Below, one piece after another: positions 1-11,326 of a DNA stretch of 64,000 nt (its first letter is position 1; the number at the start of each line of letters is the position of its first letter). The stretch comes from Halorussus marinus (lineage in GTDB: Archaea > Halobacteriota > Halobacteria > Halobacteriales > Haladaptataceae): positions 1-64,000 of the forward strand of contig NZ_SBIV01000002.1 in assembly GCF_004765795.1 (NCBI RefSeq), read 5' to 3'. The notes below the pieces were generated by a model. That model was not told the origin of the DNA. It made no database searches and saw only the letters and a program-made list of their open reading frames with translations. A program made the position numbers and the translations under genes.

Positions 1-127
1 CCACGCACGAGCGCAGGTGTTTCTTGCCCTGTGCCTTCGCCTCGTCGTCGCTATCACCAACTACGAACGTGGAGACAATCCGGGAAGTACGATCATCAGG
101 GTGTGACAAGAGTTCTATGACACCCTC
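1..127 (+). mobile_element. Right end of a haloarchaeal insertion sequence (DDE transposase C-terminus plus putative terminal inverted repeat)
   Basis: Frame from position 2 reads HARAQVFLALCLRLVVAITNYERGDNPGSTIIRV-stop (TGA 104-106), which I recognise as a haloarchaeal transposase C-terminus (ISH11-like, from memory). It is followed by GAGTTCTATGACACCCTC ending at 127, then an abrupt switch to an unrelated ORF. Confidence 0.75.
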
Positions 128-736
128 GTGAACCAAGACAATCACACAGTCACCTTCTCGACGTACGGAAACCACACGCAGTTCAATTTCACCCGCGAGA
201 TCGACTCCAGCGATTCCGGATCGATACCGACTCCGAAAATCACCGACGTCGAGGTGACGATGGGAACCGCTAAGGGACAAGAGTCCGTCGTCGCCAACGT
301 CACGCTGGCGAACCCGTCGGAGCAACTCTACAGCACGAAGCTCATGGTCCACACCGTCGGGACCGACGGCAGTCTGTATCCCGCCTCCGTTCGCCCGGGA
401 GACACCCGGACGATCAGCGTCGAACTGCTCGACGAGCGCGACGCAGAAATCGCGGGCGAGGCGCGGTTGTACACCGGTAATATGACGACGGAAGACGGCG
501 CAATCGATCAGGTCGAGTTCGCCGGGACCGTCGAGGACGACACGGCAGTCTGGAACGCGCCGTACGAACCCGTCCGGCCGACGTGGATGGACGACAACTA
601 CGAGTACGAGAACGCGAGCTACGAGCGTGACATCGGCGCGAAGTTGAGTCGAGGCCACGAAGTCGGCGGCGTCCCCGCCGTCTTCGTCGCCGCGGCGCTG
701 GTGGTCGGACTCGTCAGCCTCCGGCGACTCCGATAG
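128..736 (+). pseudogene. 3' part of an IS-interrupted membrane-anchored/secreted protein
   Basis: ORF begins exactly at the IS end, with no signal peptide; beta-rich acidic body and C-terminal TM plus basic tail (VPAVFVAAALVVGLVSLRRLR). Confidence 0.6.
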
Positions 737-739
737 CGC

Positions 740-952
740 TCAGGACTCTTTGGTCCGGAGGATCTCGCGCATGTTCAAGTAGATGTCCTTCGGCGACGTC
801 TCCTCGTCCGGATCGTAGAGGTCGCTCACCCGGTAGAGCATCGCGGCGACCTGCTCGCTCTCGGAGGAGTCTCCGCGAACGTCGTCGGCGATCTCCCGGA
901 GCCGTTCGGCGCGTTCGGGGTCGGAACCTTCGGTATCAGGGTCTTGGGACAT
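740..952 (-). CDS. Small acidic hypothetical protein
   Basis: 70 aa, typical haloarchaeal composition, 3 nt downstream of mrp. Confidence 0.75.
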   Translation of the reverse strand: MSQDPDTEGSDPERAERLREIADDVRGDSSESEQVAAMLYRVSDLYDPDEETSPKDIYLNMREILRTKES

Positions 953-955
953 GGC

Positions 956-1990
956 TCACTGTTGCGTTCGGCGTTTGATGATCCCGACGTTGTTGGCGAC
1001 GTTCTCGGTCAGCACGCGGAACGCGTCGCCGGTGTCGCTGTCCTCGTCGAGCACGATGGGTTCGCCCTCGTCGCCGCCGGTCCGGACCGAGGGGTCGATC
1101 GGGATCGAGCCGAGGAACGGCATGTCGTTGTCTTCGGCGAACGCCGCGCCGCCGCCCCGCCCGAAGATGTCGTGTTCCCCGCCACAGTCCGGACACTTGA
1201 ACGTCGCCATGTTCTCGGCGATCCCGAGGACGTTGGTGTCGTGCTTGCCGAACATCCGCAGGCCCTTGCGGGCGTCGTCGATCGCGACCTCTTGGGGCGT
1301 CGTGACGATGACCGCGCCCGTGACCGGGACGCTCTGGAGGAGCGTGAGCTGGGCGTCGCCGGTCCCCGGCGGGAGGTCGACGACCATGTAGTCGAGGTGA
1401 CCCCACTCGACGTCCTCCCAGAGCTGGGTGAGAACCTTGTGGACCATCGGACCGCGCCAGATGACCGGATCGTCCTCGCCGACGAGAAACGCCATGCTCA
1501 TCAGCTTCACGCCGAACTGCTCGGGCGGGATCATGGTCTCGTCTTCGGTCGCGGTCGGCACGTCGTCGGCGGCGACCATCCTCGGGACGTTGGGGCCGTA
1601 CACGTCGGCGTCGAACAGTCCGACTCGCGCCCCGAGTTGGGAGAGGCCCGCGGCGATGTTGACCGCGACTGTCGACTTGCCGACGCCGCCCTTACCCGAC
1701 GCGACCGCGATGATGTTCTCGACGTTCGGGAGCACCTGGTCGTCGGCCGCGACGTCATCGTCGACGCGCGCCGAGAGAGCGACCTCGAGGTCGTGGTCGG
1801 CCAGCACCTCGCGAACTCGATTCGCGATCGCCGTCTCGTTGGGGGAGTACGGCGCGCCGAGCGCGAGCGAAATCTCGACGGTGTCGCCCTCCACGGAGAT
1901 GTCGTTGACGAGGTTCAGCGAGACGATATCGTCGCCGAGATCCGGGTCCTCGACCTCCCGGAGCAGGTCGCGTACCGCTGGTTCGTCCAT
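956..1990 (-). CDS. mrp: Mrp/NBP35 (ApbC) Fe-S cluster carrier ATPase
   Basis: N-terminal DUF59-like domain, GKGGVGKST, DADVYGP, WRGPM, DLPPGTGD, CPDC; start re-picked at MDEPAV. Confidence 0.93.
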   Translation of the reverse strand: MDEPAVRDLLREVEDPDLGDDIVSLNLVNDISVEGDTVEISLALGAPYSPNETAIANRVREVLADHDLEVALSARVDDDVAADDQVLPNVENIIAVASGKGGVGKSTVAVNIAAGLSQLGARVGLFDADVYGPNVPRMVAADDVPTATEDETMIPPEQFGVKLMSMAFLVGEDDPVIWRGPMVHKVLTQLWEDVEWGHLDYMVVDLPPGTGDAQLTLLQSVPVTGAVIVTTPQEVAIDDARKGLRMFGKHDTNVLGIAENMATFKCPDCGGEHDIFGRGGGAAFAEDNDMPFLGSIPIDPSVRTGGDEGEPIVLDEDSDTGDAFRVLTENVANNVGIIKRRTQQ

Positions 1991-2169
1991 GCGGGTGGGT
2001 AGGGTGCGAGCGAGCGATAAGGCTTGTGCAGTCCGGTGAGGACGAAGCGTGGGGACCCGACCCGGCGCCGGCGTGACAGCGATCGAACCGGAAAATGAAA
2101 ACGACACCGGCCGGATCGCCGCACATATGTAACTATATTTGGTTACAACACGGCGTCGTTCGCCCGCGA

Positions 2170-2176
2170 TTTTAAG
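2170..2176 (+). promoter_or_regulatory. TATA box for leaderless moaA transcript
   Basis: TTTTAAG ~25-30 nt before ATG 2201. Confidence 0.55.
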
Positions 2177-2200
2177 GTGTCTCACGAGAAAGGATCGCAT

Positions 2201-3208
2201 ATGTTGGAGGACGACTTCGGGCGCGAGGTGTCTGGGGTGCGGGTCTCGCTCACGGACCGCTGTAACTTCGATTGCGTCTACTGTCACAACGAGGGGCTCG
2301 GCGACACCCGCGGACCGATGGACCCACAGGACGACGAGATGACCGCCGACGAGGTCGTCCGGTTTCTGGAAGTCGCTCGGGAGTTCGACGTCCGAAAGGT
2401 GAAGTTCACGGGCGGCGAGCCGATGTTGCGCCAGGACTTAGAGGAGATCATCCGACGCACGCCCGACGCGATGGAGGTGTCGCTGACCACGAACGGGACC
2501 TTCCTGCCCGGCCGCGCCGAGGACCTCGTCGACGCCGGACTCGAACGGGTCAACGTCTCACAGGACGCGCTCGACCCCGAGGCGTTCGCCGAGGTGACCG
2601 AGAGCGGCGCCTACGACCGCGTGATGGAGGGCGTCGACGCCGCGCTCGACGCCGGGCTCGATCCGGTGAAGCTCAACATGGTCGTGTTCGAGAAGACCGC
2701 GGGCTACGTGCCAGAGATGGTCGACCACGTCGCCGACAACGACGGGCTCCAGCTCCAGCTCATCGAGTACATGCCCGAGCTGACCGGCAAACCCGAGTGG
2801 GCGATCGACATAGACCGGGTCCACGGGTGGCTCGAAGAGCAGGCCGACGAGATCGAGATCCGAGAGATGCACGGCCGGCGGCGCTACTGGGTGGGCGGCG
2901 ATGATGCGACCGAGGAGGCCGGCGCCCCGACGGACTCGTCGGGCCGCGGGATGGTCGAGATCGTCGACCCGGTCGAGAACGAGAGTTTCTGTGCGAACTG
3001 CCATCGCGTCCGCGTCACGCACGAAGGATACCTCAAGGGCTGTCTGAACCGCAACGACGACTTGCGGCCGATGGGTGCGATGACCAAGCCCGAGATCCGC
3101 GAGACGTTCCGCGAGACCGTGGCGAACCGGGTGCCTTACTACGGCGAGTATATGGTGAAAGGCGAGGGCGGGGAGTGGGAGATCAACGACGACTACATCG
3201 AGGTCTGA
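2201..3208 (+). CDS. moaA: GTP 3',8-cyclase (radical SAM)
   Basis: [22 protein letters not shown]-terminal [16 protein letters not shown] cluster motif. Confidence 0.95.
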   Translation: MLEDDFGREVSGVRVSLTDRCNFDCVYCHNEGLGDTRGPMDPQDDEMTADEVVRFLEVAREFDVRKVKFTGGEPMLRQDLEEIIRRTPDAMEVSLTTNGTFLPGRAEDLVDAGLERVNVSQDALDPEAFAEVTESGAYDRVMEGVDAALDAGLDPVKLNMVVFEKTAGYVPEMVDHVADNDGLQLQLIEYMPELTGKPEWAIDIDRVHGWLEEQADEIEIREMHGRRRYWVGGDDATEEAGAPTDSSGRGMVEIVDPVENESFCANCHRVRVTHEGYLKGCLNRNDDLRPMGAMTKPEIRETFRETVANRVPYYGEYMVKGEGGEWEINDDYIEV

Positions 3209-3258
3209 TTCTCGCGGGCGGCCCGCACGCTTAACCGACTCTCGGGCCAACGTCCCGT

Positions 3259-3585
3259 ATGAGCCATCTCGCCGAGACGTTCGGAGAGGTCGATGCCGAG
3301 GACATCGTGCGCGTCGTACTCGACGACGGGACCGAGTTCGAGGGGCGAGCCAGCCCCGTCGACTACGTCCCCGACGAATCGTTGCGGGTCGAGGTCCGAC
3401 CCCGAGATCGAGCGGGCGAACGCTACGAGATCAGCGGGGAGTACGACGAAGGGTGGAGCGACTTGACGGTCCGACGGGCCGACATGGACGGCGACGAGAC
3501 CGAATGGGCGCGACTGGGGACCGTCGAGAGCCTCGAAGCCCGCGACGCCGGGGGCGACGTGAGCGCCGACAGCGACGAGTCGTAG
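3259..3585 (+). CDS. Hypothetical acidic protein
   Basis: 108 aa, haloarchaeal codon usage, CTTAA box upstream. Confidence 0.7.
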   Translation: MSHLAETFGEVDAEDIVRVVLDDGTEFEGRASPVDYVPDESLRVEVRPRDRAGERYEISGEYDEGWSDLTVRRADMDGDETEWARLGTVESLEARDAGGDVSADSDES

Positions 3586-3626
3586 GTCGAGACGCCGGCC
3601 CGGCCGCCCCTCGGCGATTCGTTGCG

Positions 3627-3633
3627 TTTATAT
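3627..3633 (+). promoter_or_regulatory. TATA box of tRNA-Ser/rps13 operon
   Basis: TTTATAT upstream of the tRNA. Confidence 0.55.
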
Positions 3634-3717
3634 GTGTCCCCTGGGTACGTTGAGTTGCAAACCTGTAGGGGCGCCGGGTCCCGAGTCCGAGAGGGCGACA
3701 GTGAATGCACGAAACGT

Positions 3718-3802
3718 GTCGAGGTAGCCTAGTCTGGCCCACGGCGCAGGGTTGCTAACTCTGTGGCGTCAAGCCTCGAGGGTTCAAATCCCTCCCTCGA
3801 CG
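3718..3802 (+). tRNA. tRNA-Ser(GCT)
   Basis: Acceptor GTCGAGG/CCTCGAC, anticodon arm CAGGG-TTGCTAA-CTCTG, long variable arm, GGTTCAAATCC T-loop; no encoded CCA. Confidence 0.95.
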
Positions 3803-3818
3803 CTTTCAGTACCCAACT

Positions 3819-4340
3819 ATGAGCACGGAAGAACCACAGGAGGAAGACGAGGACCTCCAGTACTTCGTTCGCATCGGGCGCACAGACCTCGATGGGACGA
3901 AGACTGTCGAGCGATCCCTCTCCGAGATGAACGGGATCGGTCGCCGAGCGGCGCGCATCATCGCCGACAAGGCGGGCGTCGACCGAACGGCGACGTTCGG
4001 CCGTCTCGACGACGACAAGATCGACTCGGTCGTCGACGCCGTCGAGAGCTTCGCCGACGAGGTCCCAGAATGGCTCGCGAATCACCGCAACGACTACTTC
4101 TCCGGTGAGACCACCCACGAGACGGGCAACGATCTGAACATGACCCGTCGTCAGGACATCAACCGGATGAAGATGATCGACTCGTACAAGGGCGTCCGTC
4201 ACAAGCGCGGCCAGAAGGTCCGCGGACAGCGGACCCGCTCGACCGGCCGTACGGAGGGCACTATCGGCGTCAACGTCGAGGAGATCAAAGAAGAGCAGGC
4301 CGCCGAAGAGGCCGCCGACGAGGAGGGTGGTGAGGAATAA
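3819..4340 (+). CDS. rps13: 30S ribosomal protein S13
   Basis: [27 protein letters not shown]. Confidence 0.97.
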   Translation: MSTEEPQEEDEDLQYFVRIGRTDLDGTKTVERSLSEMNGIGRRAARIIADKAGVDRTATFGRLDDDKIDSVVDAVESFADEVPEWLANHRNDYFSGETTHETGNDLNMTRRQDINRMKMIDSYKGVRHKRGQKVRGQRTRSTGRTEGTIGVNVEEIKEEQAAEEAADEEGGEE

Positions 4341-4864
4341 TGGCGCTCGGACAGAACACCAAATCGTACGAGACGCCGAACCACCCCTTCCAGGGCGAGC
4401 GCATCTCCGAGGAGAGCGGTCTGGTCGACCGCTACGGACTCCACAACAAAGAAGAGCTCTGGCGCGCCCAGTCGGAACTTCGCGGCTTCCGCCGGGAAGC
4501 CCGCGACATCCTCGGCCAGCGAGCGCAGGGCGACGTCGAAGCGACCGAGGGCTCGGAGTTCGTCTCCCGGCTCAAGCGACTCGGCATCCTCGACGACGGC
4601 GACGAACTCGACGACGTGTTGCTCCTGGAAGTGACCGACGTCCTGGAGCGCCGGCTCCAGACGGTCGCCTACCGAAAGGGGCTGGCCCAGACGCCCCAGC
4701 AGGCGCGTCAGTTCGTGGTCCACGGCCACGTCACCGTCGACGGTCAGCGCGTTCAGGCGCCCTCGTACAAGGTCGAGGTCGCCGAGCAAGACACCGTCGC
4801 GTTCGACGAGAACAGCCCGCTGGCGGACGACCTTCACCCCGCGCGATCGGAGGGTAACGAATGA
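4340..4864 (+). CDS. rps4: 30S ribosomal protein S4
   Basis: [32 protein letters not shown]. Confidence 0.97.
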   Translation: MALGQNTKSYETPNHPFQGERISEESGLVDRYGLHNKEELWRAQSELRGFRREARDILGQRAQGDVEATEGSEFVSRLKRLGILDDGDELDDVLLLEVTDVLERRLQTVAYRKGLAQTPQQARQFVVHGHVTVDGQRVQAPSYKVEVAEQDTVAFDENSPLADDLHPARSEGNE

Positions 4865-5253
4865 GCGCAAACGAAGACGGCAAATGGGGCGTAGCCCACG
4901 TACACGCATCGTTCAACAACACCATCATCACGGTCACTGACCTGACCGGCGCCGAGACCATCGCGAAGTCCTCGGGCGGGACCGTCGTCAAGCAGAACCG
5001 CGACGAGTCCTCGCCGTACGCGGCCATGCAGATGGCCGAGACGGTCGCCGAGGACGTCAAAGACGCCGGTATCGAGGGCGTCCACGTTCGGGTCCGCGGC
5101 CCCGGCGGGAATCTCCAGCAGAACCCCGGTCCGGGCGCGCAGGCGACGATCCGCGCGCTCGCCCGCGCCGGACTCGAGATCGGTCGCATCGAGGACGTGA
5201 CCCCGATCCCGCACGACGGCACCCGAGCGCCGAAAGGAAAGAGTGGATTCTAA
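4861..5253 (+). CDS. rps11: 30S ribosomal protein S11
   Basis: [24 protein letters not shown]. Confidence 0.98.
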   Translation: MSANEDGKWGVAHVHASFNNTIITVTDLTGAETIAKSSGGTVVKQNRDESSPYAAMQMAETVAEDVKDAGIEGVHVRVRGPGGNLQQNPGPGAQATIRALARAGLEIGRIEDVTPIPHDGTRAPKGKSGF

Positions 5254-5256
5254 TCC

Positions 5257-6003
5257 ATGAGCGAGGACTTCGACGTTGAGTTCATCGAACGCGGGGACCG
5301 AGACTCCCGGTTCCTCGTCCGGGGCGTGACGCCGGCGTTCGCCAACGGCATCCGCCGGGCGATCATCGCCGACGTGCCGACGCTCTCGATCGACACCGTT
5401 CGGTTCATCGAGAACTCGTCGGTCATGTTCGACGAGCAGATCGGGCTCCGACTGGGTCTGGTCCCGCTCAGCACGCCGCTGGGCGAGTTCGAAGAGGGCG
5501 ACAGCGTCACCCTCAGCCTCGACGTGTCGGGGCCGGGGACCGCCTACTCGGGCGACCTCGTCAGCTCCGACGAGATGGTCCAGCCGGCCGACGACAACGT
5601 CCCCATCATCGACCTGAAGGACGGCCAGCGTCTCGAACTCGAGGCCGACGCCGTCCTCTCGACGGGGAAAGACCACGCCAAACATCAGGGCGGCGTGGCC
5701 GTCGGCTACCGACACCTCCAGCGCGTGGAGGTCGTCGGCGACCGCGACGCCTACGACGAGGCCGAGACCAACATCCTTCGCGGGGTCATCGAGGACGACG
5801 GTGAACTCGTCCCGACCGAGGCGTTCGACCACGACCTCACGAACCGCTACCCCGGCAAGGAGCTCGAAGTCCACGACGTGGACAACGCGTTCGTGTTCAG
5901 CGTCGAGAGCGACGGCTCGCTACCGGTCGACGACCTCGTCACCGCGGCGGCCGACTCGATCGCTTCCCGCGCCGACGAACTCGAACAGGCCGTACAGCTA
6001 TAG
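5257..6003 (+). CDS. rpoD: RNA polymerase subunit D (Rpo3)
   Basis: [29 protein letters not shown]; canonical operon position. Confidence 0.96.
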   Translation: MSEDFDVEFIERGDRDSRFLVRGVTPAFANGIRRAIIADVPTLSIDTVRFIENSSVMFDEQIGLRLGLVPLSTPLGEFEEGDSVTLSLDVSGPGTAYSGDLVSSDEMVQPADDNVPIIDLKDGQRLELEADAVLSTGKDHAKHQGGVAVGYRHLQRVEVVGDRDAYDEAETNILRGVIEDDGELVPTEAFDHDLTNRYPGKELEVHDVDNAFVFSVESDGSLPVDDLVTAAADSIASRADELEQAVQL

Positions 6004-6167
6004 AACAATGCAGGGCACTTCGAACCGCGTTTCGGCGCCGCTCGCCCGGTCCGGCCAGCGACGCAATCGCAAGCCGGGAGCGCGACGGCGGACGCAGACC
6101 GAAACAGGTTTGAAGGGCCACCCACTACACACAGTTGCCCGCGACGGGCTGCACGTGTGTTCTACGT

Positions 6168-6252
6168 GCAGGGATAGCCAAGTCAGGCCAACGGCGCAGC
6201 GTTCAGGGCGCTGTCTCGTAGGAGTCCGCAGGTTCAAATCCTGCTCCCTGCA
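6168..6252 (+). tRNA. tRNA-Leu(CAG)
   Basis: Acceptor GCAGGGA/TCCCTGC, anticodon arm CAGCG-TTCAGGG-CGCTG, variable arm, GGTTCAAATCC. Confidence 0.95.
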
Positions 6253-6285
6253 CTTCAGTTTTCATTCCCATCAGGAGGAAGCACT

Positions 6286-6639
6286 ATGAGCAAGACAAAT
6301 CCGAGGCTCAGCAGTCTCATCGCCGATCTGAAGTCGGAGGCCCGCAGTTCGGGCGCCGACGTGTGGAGTACTGTCGCAGATCGCCTCGAGAAGCCCCGAA
6401 GCACGCACGCGGAAGTCAACCTCGGCCGCATCGAGCGGTACGCCGAGGAAGACGAGACCGTCATCGTGCCCGGCAAGGTTCTCGGGAGCGGCGTTCTGCA
6501 GAAAAACGTCACCGTCGCCGCAGTGGACTTCTCGTCCACCGCGGAGACGAAGATTCAGCAGGCAGACGGTGAGACGCTCAAGCTCGAACAGGCAATCGAA
6601 CAGAACCCCGACGGCTCGAACGTACGGGTGATCCGATGA
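6286..6639 (+). CDS. rpl18e: 50S ribosomal protein L18e
   Basis: [22 protein letters not shown]. Confidence 0.97.
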   Translation: MSKTNPRLSSLIADLKSEARSSGADVWSTVADRLEKPRSTHAEVNLGRIERYAEEDETVIVPGKVLGSGVLQKNVTVAAVDFSSTAETKIQQADGETLKLEQAIEQNPDGSNVRVIR

Positions 6640-7073
6640 GTATCGCAGAATTCGACGCAGACGTCGTCGTCGACGCCCGCGACTGTATTCTCGGTCGCGT
6701 GGCAAGTCAGGTCGCACAGCGCGCGCTCGACGGCGAGCGCGTCGCCGTCGTCAACGCCGAGGACGCGGTCATCACCGGCAGCGAGGACGACGTGATGGAG
6801 ACCTACGAGAAGCGCGCCGAACTTGGGTCGGACAGCGGTCCGTACTACCCCAAGCGGCCGGACATGATCTTCAAGCGCGCGATCCGCGGGATGGTTCCGT
6901 ACAAGAAGACCCGCGGGCGCGAGGCGTTCGAGAACGTCCGGGTCTACGTCGGCAACCCCCACGACGAGGACAGCGAGGTCCTCGAGGGCACGTCGCTGGA
7001 CCGGCTCTCGAACATTCGGTTCGTCCAACTGGGCGACATCAGCAAGAATCTGGGTGCTAACGTCACATGGTAA
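6636..7073 (+). CDS. rpl13: 50S ribosomal protein L13
   Basis: [25 protein letters not shown]. Confidence 0.97.
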   Translation: MSIAEFDADVVVDARDCILGRVASQVAQRALDGERVAVVNAEDAVITGSEDDVMETYEKRAELGSDSGPYYPKRPDMIFKRAIRGMVPYKKTRGREAFENVRVYVGNPHDEDSEVLEGTSLDRLSNIRFVQLGDISKNLGANVTW

Positions 7074-7465
7074 CCAACACGAGCGGCAAGAAGAAGACGG
7101 CCATCGCCCGTGCGACGGTCACGGACGGCGAGGGTCGCGTGCGAATCAACTCCCGACCAGTCGAACTGATCGAACCGGAGACGGCCCGACTGAAGATGCT
7201 CGAACCGTTCCGCATCGCCGGCGAGGAACGCCGCGACGCGGTCGACGTCGAGATCGACGTGCAGGGCGGCGGCGTCAGCGGGCAGGCCGACGCGGTTCGG
7301 ACCGCGATCGCTCGCGGACTCGTCCAGCACACCAGCGACGCCGAACTCCGGGACGCGTTCACCGAGTTCGACCGGTCGCTTTTGGTCAACGACTCCCGGC
7401 GCTCCGAGCCCAAGAAGTGGGGCGGCCCCGGCGCTCGCGCGCGCTACCAGAAGTCCTACCGCTGA
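7067..7465 (+). CDS. rps9: 30S ribosomal protein S9
   Basis: [36 protein letters not shown]. Confidence 0.98.
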   Translation: MVTNTSGKKKTAIARATVTDGEGRVRINSRPVELIEPETARLKMLEPFRIAGEERRDAVDVEIDVQGGGVSGQADAVRTAIARGLVQHTSDAELRDAFTEFDRSLLVNDSRRSEPKKWGGPGARARYQKSYR

Positions 7466-7509
7466 TTACCATGACAGGAAACCCGCGGTCCACGGAGGCC
7501 CGATAACCC

Positions 7510-7710
7510 ATGATGGTACCGGTCCGTTGTTTCACATGCGGGAAGGTCGTCGGGGAGTACTGGGAGGAGTTCAAGGCGCGCTCCGAGACGAAAGAGGGCG
7601 ACGAGGACCCCGAGAAGGTCCTCGACGAACTCGGCGTCGAGCGACAGTGCTGTCGCCGGATGCTCGTCTCGCACAAGGACCTCGTCGACATCGTCTCCCC
7701 CTACCAGTAA
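7510..7710 (+). CDS. rpoN: RNA polymerase subunit N (Rpo10)
   Basis: PVRCFTCGK ... CCRRML. Confidence 0.98.
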   Translation: MMVPVRCFTCGKVVGEYWEEFKARSETKEGDEDPEKVLDELGVERQCCRRMLVSHKDLVDIVSPYQ

Positions 7711-7889
7711 TGGCTCAGCAACGCTACTCCCGGTACGAGAAGGCACGCATCATCGGGGCCCGAGCCCTGCAGGTGTCGTACGGCGCACCGGTGCTGGTCG
7801 AGACCGACCAGACCGAGCCCATCCTCATCGCGGCCGAGGAGTACGACGCCGGCGTCCTTCCGTTCACGGTGCGACGAGGCGAGCGATGA
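7710..7889 (+). CDS. rpoK: RNA polymerase subunit K (Rpo6)
   Basis: [23 protein letters not shown] overlaps rpoN stop. Confidence 0.96.
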   Translation: MAQQRYSRYEKARIIGARALQVSYGAPVLVETDQTEPILIAAEEYDAGVLPFTVRRGER

Positions 7890-9097
7890 CGCTGGTCAGC
7901 GAGGTCCGACTCCGCCAGATCCTCGACTCCCGAGGCAACCGGACGGTCGAGGCCGACGTGATAACCGAGAGCGGCGGGTTCGGCCGGGCGGCGGCCCCGA
8001 GCGGGGCGTCGACCGGCGAGTACGAGGCGATCGAACTCGACCCGACCGAGGCCATCGCCTCGGCCCGGGAACACGCCGTCCCTCGACTCGAAGGGCAGGT
8101 GTACGTCGGCGATCAACGCGACGTCGACCGCACCCTCCGGGCCGCGGACGGCACCGACGACTTCTCCGAGATCGGCGCGAACAGCGCGGTCGCGATCAGC
8201 ATGGCCGCCGCGAAGGCGGCCACGGACGTGCTCGGCACGCCGCTGTACCAGCATCTCGGCGGCGCGTTCCGGGGCGACGAGCTCCCGACGCCGCTCGGTA
8301 ACGTGGTCGGCGGCGGCGAGCACGCCGCCGACGCGACCGCGATTCAGGAGTTCCTCGCGGCGCCCGTCGGCGCCCCGAGCGTCCAGGACGCGGTGTTCGC
8401 CAACGCGGCGGTCCACCAGGAGGTCCACGATCGCCTCGACGACCGAGGCATCGCCGCCGGCAAGGGCGACGAGGGCGCGTGGGCGCCGTCGATCGACGAC
8501 GACGAGGCGTTCGAACTCGTCGACGCGGCGGTCGAGACCGTCGCCGAGGAGTTCGGCTTCGAGATTCGGTTCGGCCTCGATATGGCCGGCGCCGAACTCT
8601 ACGACGCCGACGAAGAGGCGTACGTCTACCGCGAGACCACCCGCGACGCCGACGAGCAGATCGCGTACGTCGCCGACCTCGTCGACGAGTACGACCTCGC
8701 GTACGTCGAGGACCCGCTCGACGAGAACGACTACGAGGGCTTTGCCGAGCTGACCGACCGGGTCGGCGACCGGACGCTGGTCTGTGGCGACGATCTGTTC
8801 GTCACCAACGTCGAGCGACTCCGGACGGGCATCGAGCAGGAGGCGGCCAACGCCATTCTGGTCAAGCCCAACCAGATCGGCACCCTCTCGGACGCCGTCG
8901 ACGCCGTCGAGCTCGCGGTCGAGAACGGCTACCGACCGGTCATCTCCCACCGGAGCGGAGAGACCGAAGACACGACTATCGCACACCTCGCCGCGGCGAC
9001 CGCCGCCCCGTACATCAAGACGGGCGCGGTCGGCGGCGAGCGAACCGCGAAGCTGAACGAGCTCATCCGTATCGAGCAGAACGTTTCCACACCATGA
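7886..9097 (+). CDS. eno: Enolase
   Basis: [33 protein letters not shown]. Confidence 0.97.
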   Translation: MTLVSEVRLRQILDSRGNRTVEADVITESGGFGRAAAPSGASTGEYEAIELDPTEAIASAREHAVPRLEGQVYVGDQRDVDRTLRAADGTDDFSEIGANSAVAISMAAAKAATDVLGTPLYQHLGGAFRGDELPTPLGNVVGGGEHAADATAIQEFLAAPVGAPSVQDAVFANAAVHQEVHDRLDDRGIAAGKGDEGAWAPSIDDDEAFELVDAAVETVAEEFGFEIRFGLDMAGAELYDADEEAYVYRETTRDADEQIAYVADLVDEYDLAYVEDPLDENDYEGFAELTDRVGDRTLVCGDDLFVTNVERLRTGIEQEAANAILVKPNQIGTLSDAVDAVELAVENGYRPVISHRSGETEDTTIAHLAAATAAPYIKTGAVGGERTAKLNELIRIEQNVSTP

Positions 9098-9891
9098 GTG
9101 ACAACGAGAGCGAACAGGTAGAAGACGAAGGCCTCGAAGCCGCCGAATCGGAGACCGACCTCGAAGCAGAGGGCGAATCCGGTGCGGAGCCGTCGGTCGA
9201 CGCCGACGACGACGTGGCGGCAGAGGCTGACGACGACCAGACGACCGACGACGCCGAAGTCGAGGACGCCGGCCCGAGCCTCGACGAGGACGTCATGGAC
9301 AACCAGGAGGAGGCCGACCTCCTCATCCCCGTCGACGAGTACCTCGGCGCTGGGGTCCACATCGGGACCCAGCAGAAGACCCAGGACATGGAGCGGTTCA
9401 TCCACCGGGTCCGGACCGACGGGCTGTACGTCCTCGACGTCTCGAAGACCGACGAGCGCATCCGGACCGCCGCGGACTTCCTCGCGAACTACGACCCCGA
9501 GCAGGTGCTCGTCACCTCCTCGCGCCAGTACGGTCGATTCCCGGCCGAGAAGTTCGCCGACGCCGTGGGCGCGCGGGCCCGTACGGGCCGGTTCATCCCC
9601 GGCACGCTCACCAACCCCAAGTACGACGGCTACATCGAGCCCGACGTGCTCGTCGTGACCGACCCCATCGGCGACGCCCAAGCTGTCAAGGAGGCCATCA
9701 CTGTGGGCATCCCGGTCATCGCGATGTGCGACTCGAACAACAACACTTCGAACGTCGACCTCGTCGTCCCGACGAACAACAAGGGTCGCAAGGCCCTGTC
9801 GGTCGTCTACTGGCTGCTGGCCAACGAGACGCTCGATCGGCGCGGCGCCGAGCCCGCCTACTCGCTCGACGACTTCGAGAGCGGGATCTAA
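9094..9891 (+). CDS. rps2: 30S ribosomal protein S2 (acidic N-terminal extension)
   Basis: [22 protein letters not shown]. Confidence 0.96.
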   Translation: MSDNESEQVEDEGLEAAESETDLEAEGESGAEPSVDADDDVAAEADDDQTTDDAEVEDAGPSLDEDVMDNQEEADLLIPVDEYLGAGVHIGTQQKTQDMERFIHRVRTDGLYVLDVSKTDERIRTAADFLANYDPEQVLVTSSRQYGRFPAEKFADAVGARARTGRFIPGTLTNPKYDGYIEPDVLVVTDPIGDAQAVKEAITVGIPVIAMCDSNNNTSNVDLVVPTNNKGRKALSVVYWLLANETLDRRGAEPAYSLDDFESGI

Positions 9892-10102
9892 CGCGGGCTT
9901 TCTGCGTTCGTGGTCGTATTTCGCACGAATGCTCGTAGCGACGGCCGCGACCGGCGAACGCTTTTGTCCGTCCGTCAGAATGTCTCTCTATGATCGACAG
10001 CGACGAGTTCGAATCCGGCACAAGAGTGAGGTTTCGGGACGTCCGAGCGAGGATCCGCCCCGCGAGCGGTCGCGCCCGGCCCGGTGACGTCCGGAGAGCC
10101 GC

Positions 10103-11308
10103 GTGACGCCGGCGTTCTGGGGGCTGGTCGTGCTCGCCACCGCCACCGGACTGGTCGCGGCGTGGGCGCTCGGCGCGAACAGCAACTCGCCGCCGTTCGC
10201 CCCCGCCATCGGCGCGAACGCGATCTCCACGATGCGTGCGGCGTTCCTCATCGGGATCCTCGCCGCACTGGGGGCGTTCGTGCAGGGCGGGAGCATCTCC
10301 GAGACGGTCGGCGCCGGCCTCGTCGACGGCGTCGCGATCACGCCGCTGGCCGCGACCGCCGGGCTGTTGACCGCCACCGGGTTCATGGCGTTCGGCGTCT
10401 ACACCGGCTATCCGGTGCCCGCGGCGTTCGCGACGACCGGTGCGATGGTCGGGGTCGGGCTCTCGCTCGGCGGGGATCCGACGTTCGAGACGTACCGCCG
10501 AATCGGGACGTTCTGGGTTCTGGTGCCGCCGATGTCCGGCGGACTGGCGTACCTCACTGCCACGGTCTTGCGCCGCGACGACGTTCCCGACACCGTCGGC
10601 ATCCCGCTGTTGGCCGCCCTCGTCGCGGGGATCCTCGCGCATATCCGGCTGAGCGTCGTCCCCTCGCCGCCGGAAGTCAGTCAGGCGTCGGTCGCGGAGT
10701 TCGCCGCGCGAACTGTCGACACCCCCGCCGTTGGCGGCGTCGACGTACTCACCGTCGTCACGACGCTGGCGTTCGCCGCCGCGGGCTTCCAGTTCATCCG
10801 ACGCCGGACACAGCAGTCCGTCGAACGGGGGACCCGGACGTTTCTGGTCGGACTCGGGAGCGTCGTCGCCTTCTCCAGCGGCGGGAGTCAGGTCGGGCTG
10901 GCGACGGGGCCGCTGGAAAATCTCTACCGGGTCGAACTCGGCGCGCCCGGGATCGTCCTGCTGGCGATCGGCGCGGCCGGCATCCTCGCCGGCGCGTGGA
11001 TGGGCTCGCCCCGGCTCCTCCAGGCGACCTCGCGCGAATACGCCCAGCTCGGCGCTCGGCGGTCCATCGCGGCCCTCGTGCCGGGGTTCGTCATCGCACA
11101 GCTCGCGATCGCGTTCGGAATCCCGATCTCGTTCAACAACATCATCATCTCCGGGGTCATCGGCGGCGGGCTCGCCGCCGGATCGGCCGGCGTCTCCCGC
11201 CGGAAGATCGGGGTGACGCTTGCGTTCTGGGTCGTCACGCTCGTGACCTCGATCGTGATCGGATTCGGACTCTACCGGACGCTCTCGTCGGTTCTCGGGC
11301 TCCGATAG
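10103..11308 (+). CDS. PiT-family inorganic phosphate/anion transporter
   Basis: GANSNSPPF and GGSQVG variants of the duplicated PiT signature; multi-TM; GIPISF. Confidence 0.85.
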   Translation: MTPAFWGLVVLATATGLVAAWALGANSNSPPFAPAIGANAISTMRAAFLIGILAALGAFVQGGSISETVGAGLVDGVAITPLAATAGLLTATGFMAFGVYTGYPVPAAFATTGAMVGVGLSLGGDPTFETYRRIGTFWVLVPPMSGGLAYLTATVLRRDDVPDTVGIPLLAALVAGILAHIRLSVVPSPPEVSQASVAEFAARTVDTPAVGGVDVLTVVTTLAFAAAGFQFIRRRTQQSVERGTRTFLVGLGSVVAFSSGGSQVGLATGPLENLYRVELGAPGIVLLAIGAAGILAGAWMGSPRLLQATSREYAQLGARRSIAALVPGFVIAQLAIAFGIPISFNNIIISGVIGGGLAAGSAGVSRRKIGVTLAFWVVTLVTSIVIGFGLYRTLSSVLGLR

Positions 11309-11326
11309 GTCGGCGGTCGGCGAGCG

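Noticed and set aside
2880..3208. MoaA acidic loop insertion and no terminal GG motif
   Set aside because: Probably lineage-typical; cannot be assessed without alignment; too short for an intein.
9094..9300. Long acidic N-terminus on S2
   Set aside because: Common haloarchaeal feature.
10000..10022. GAGTTCGAATCC resembling a tRNA T-loop or att site
   Set aside because: No pairing T-stem or acceptor half, and no integrase nearby.
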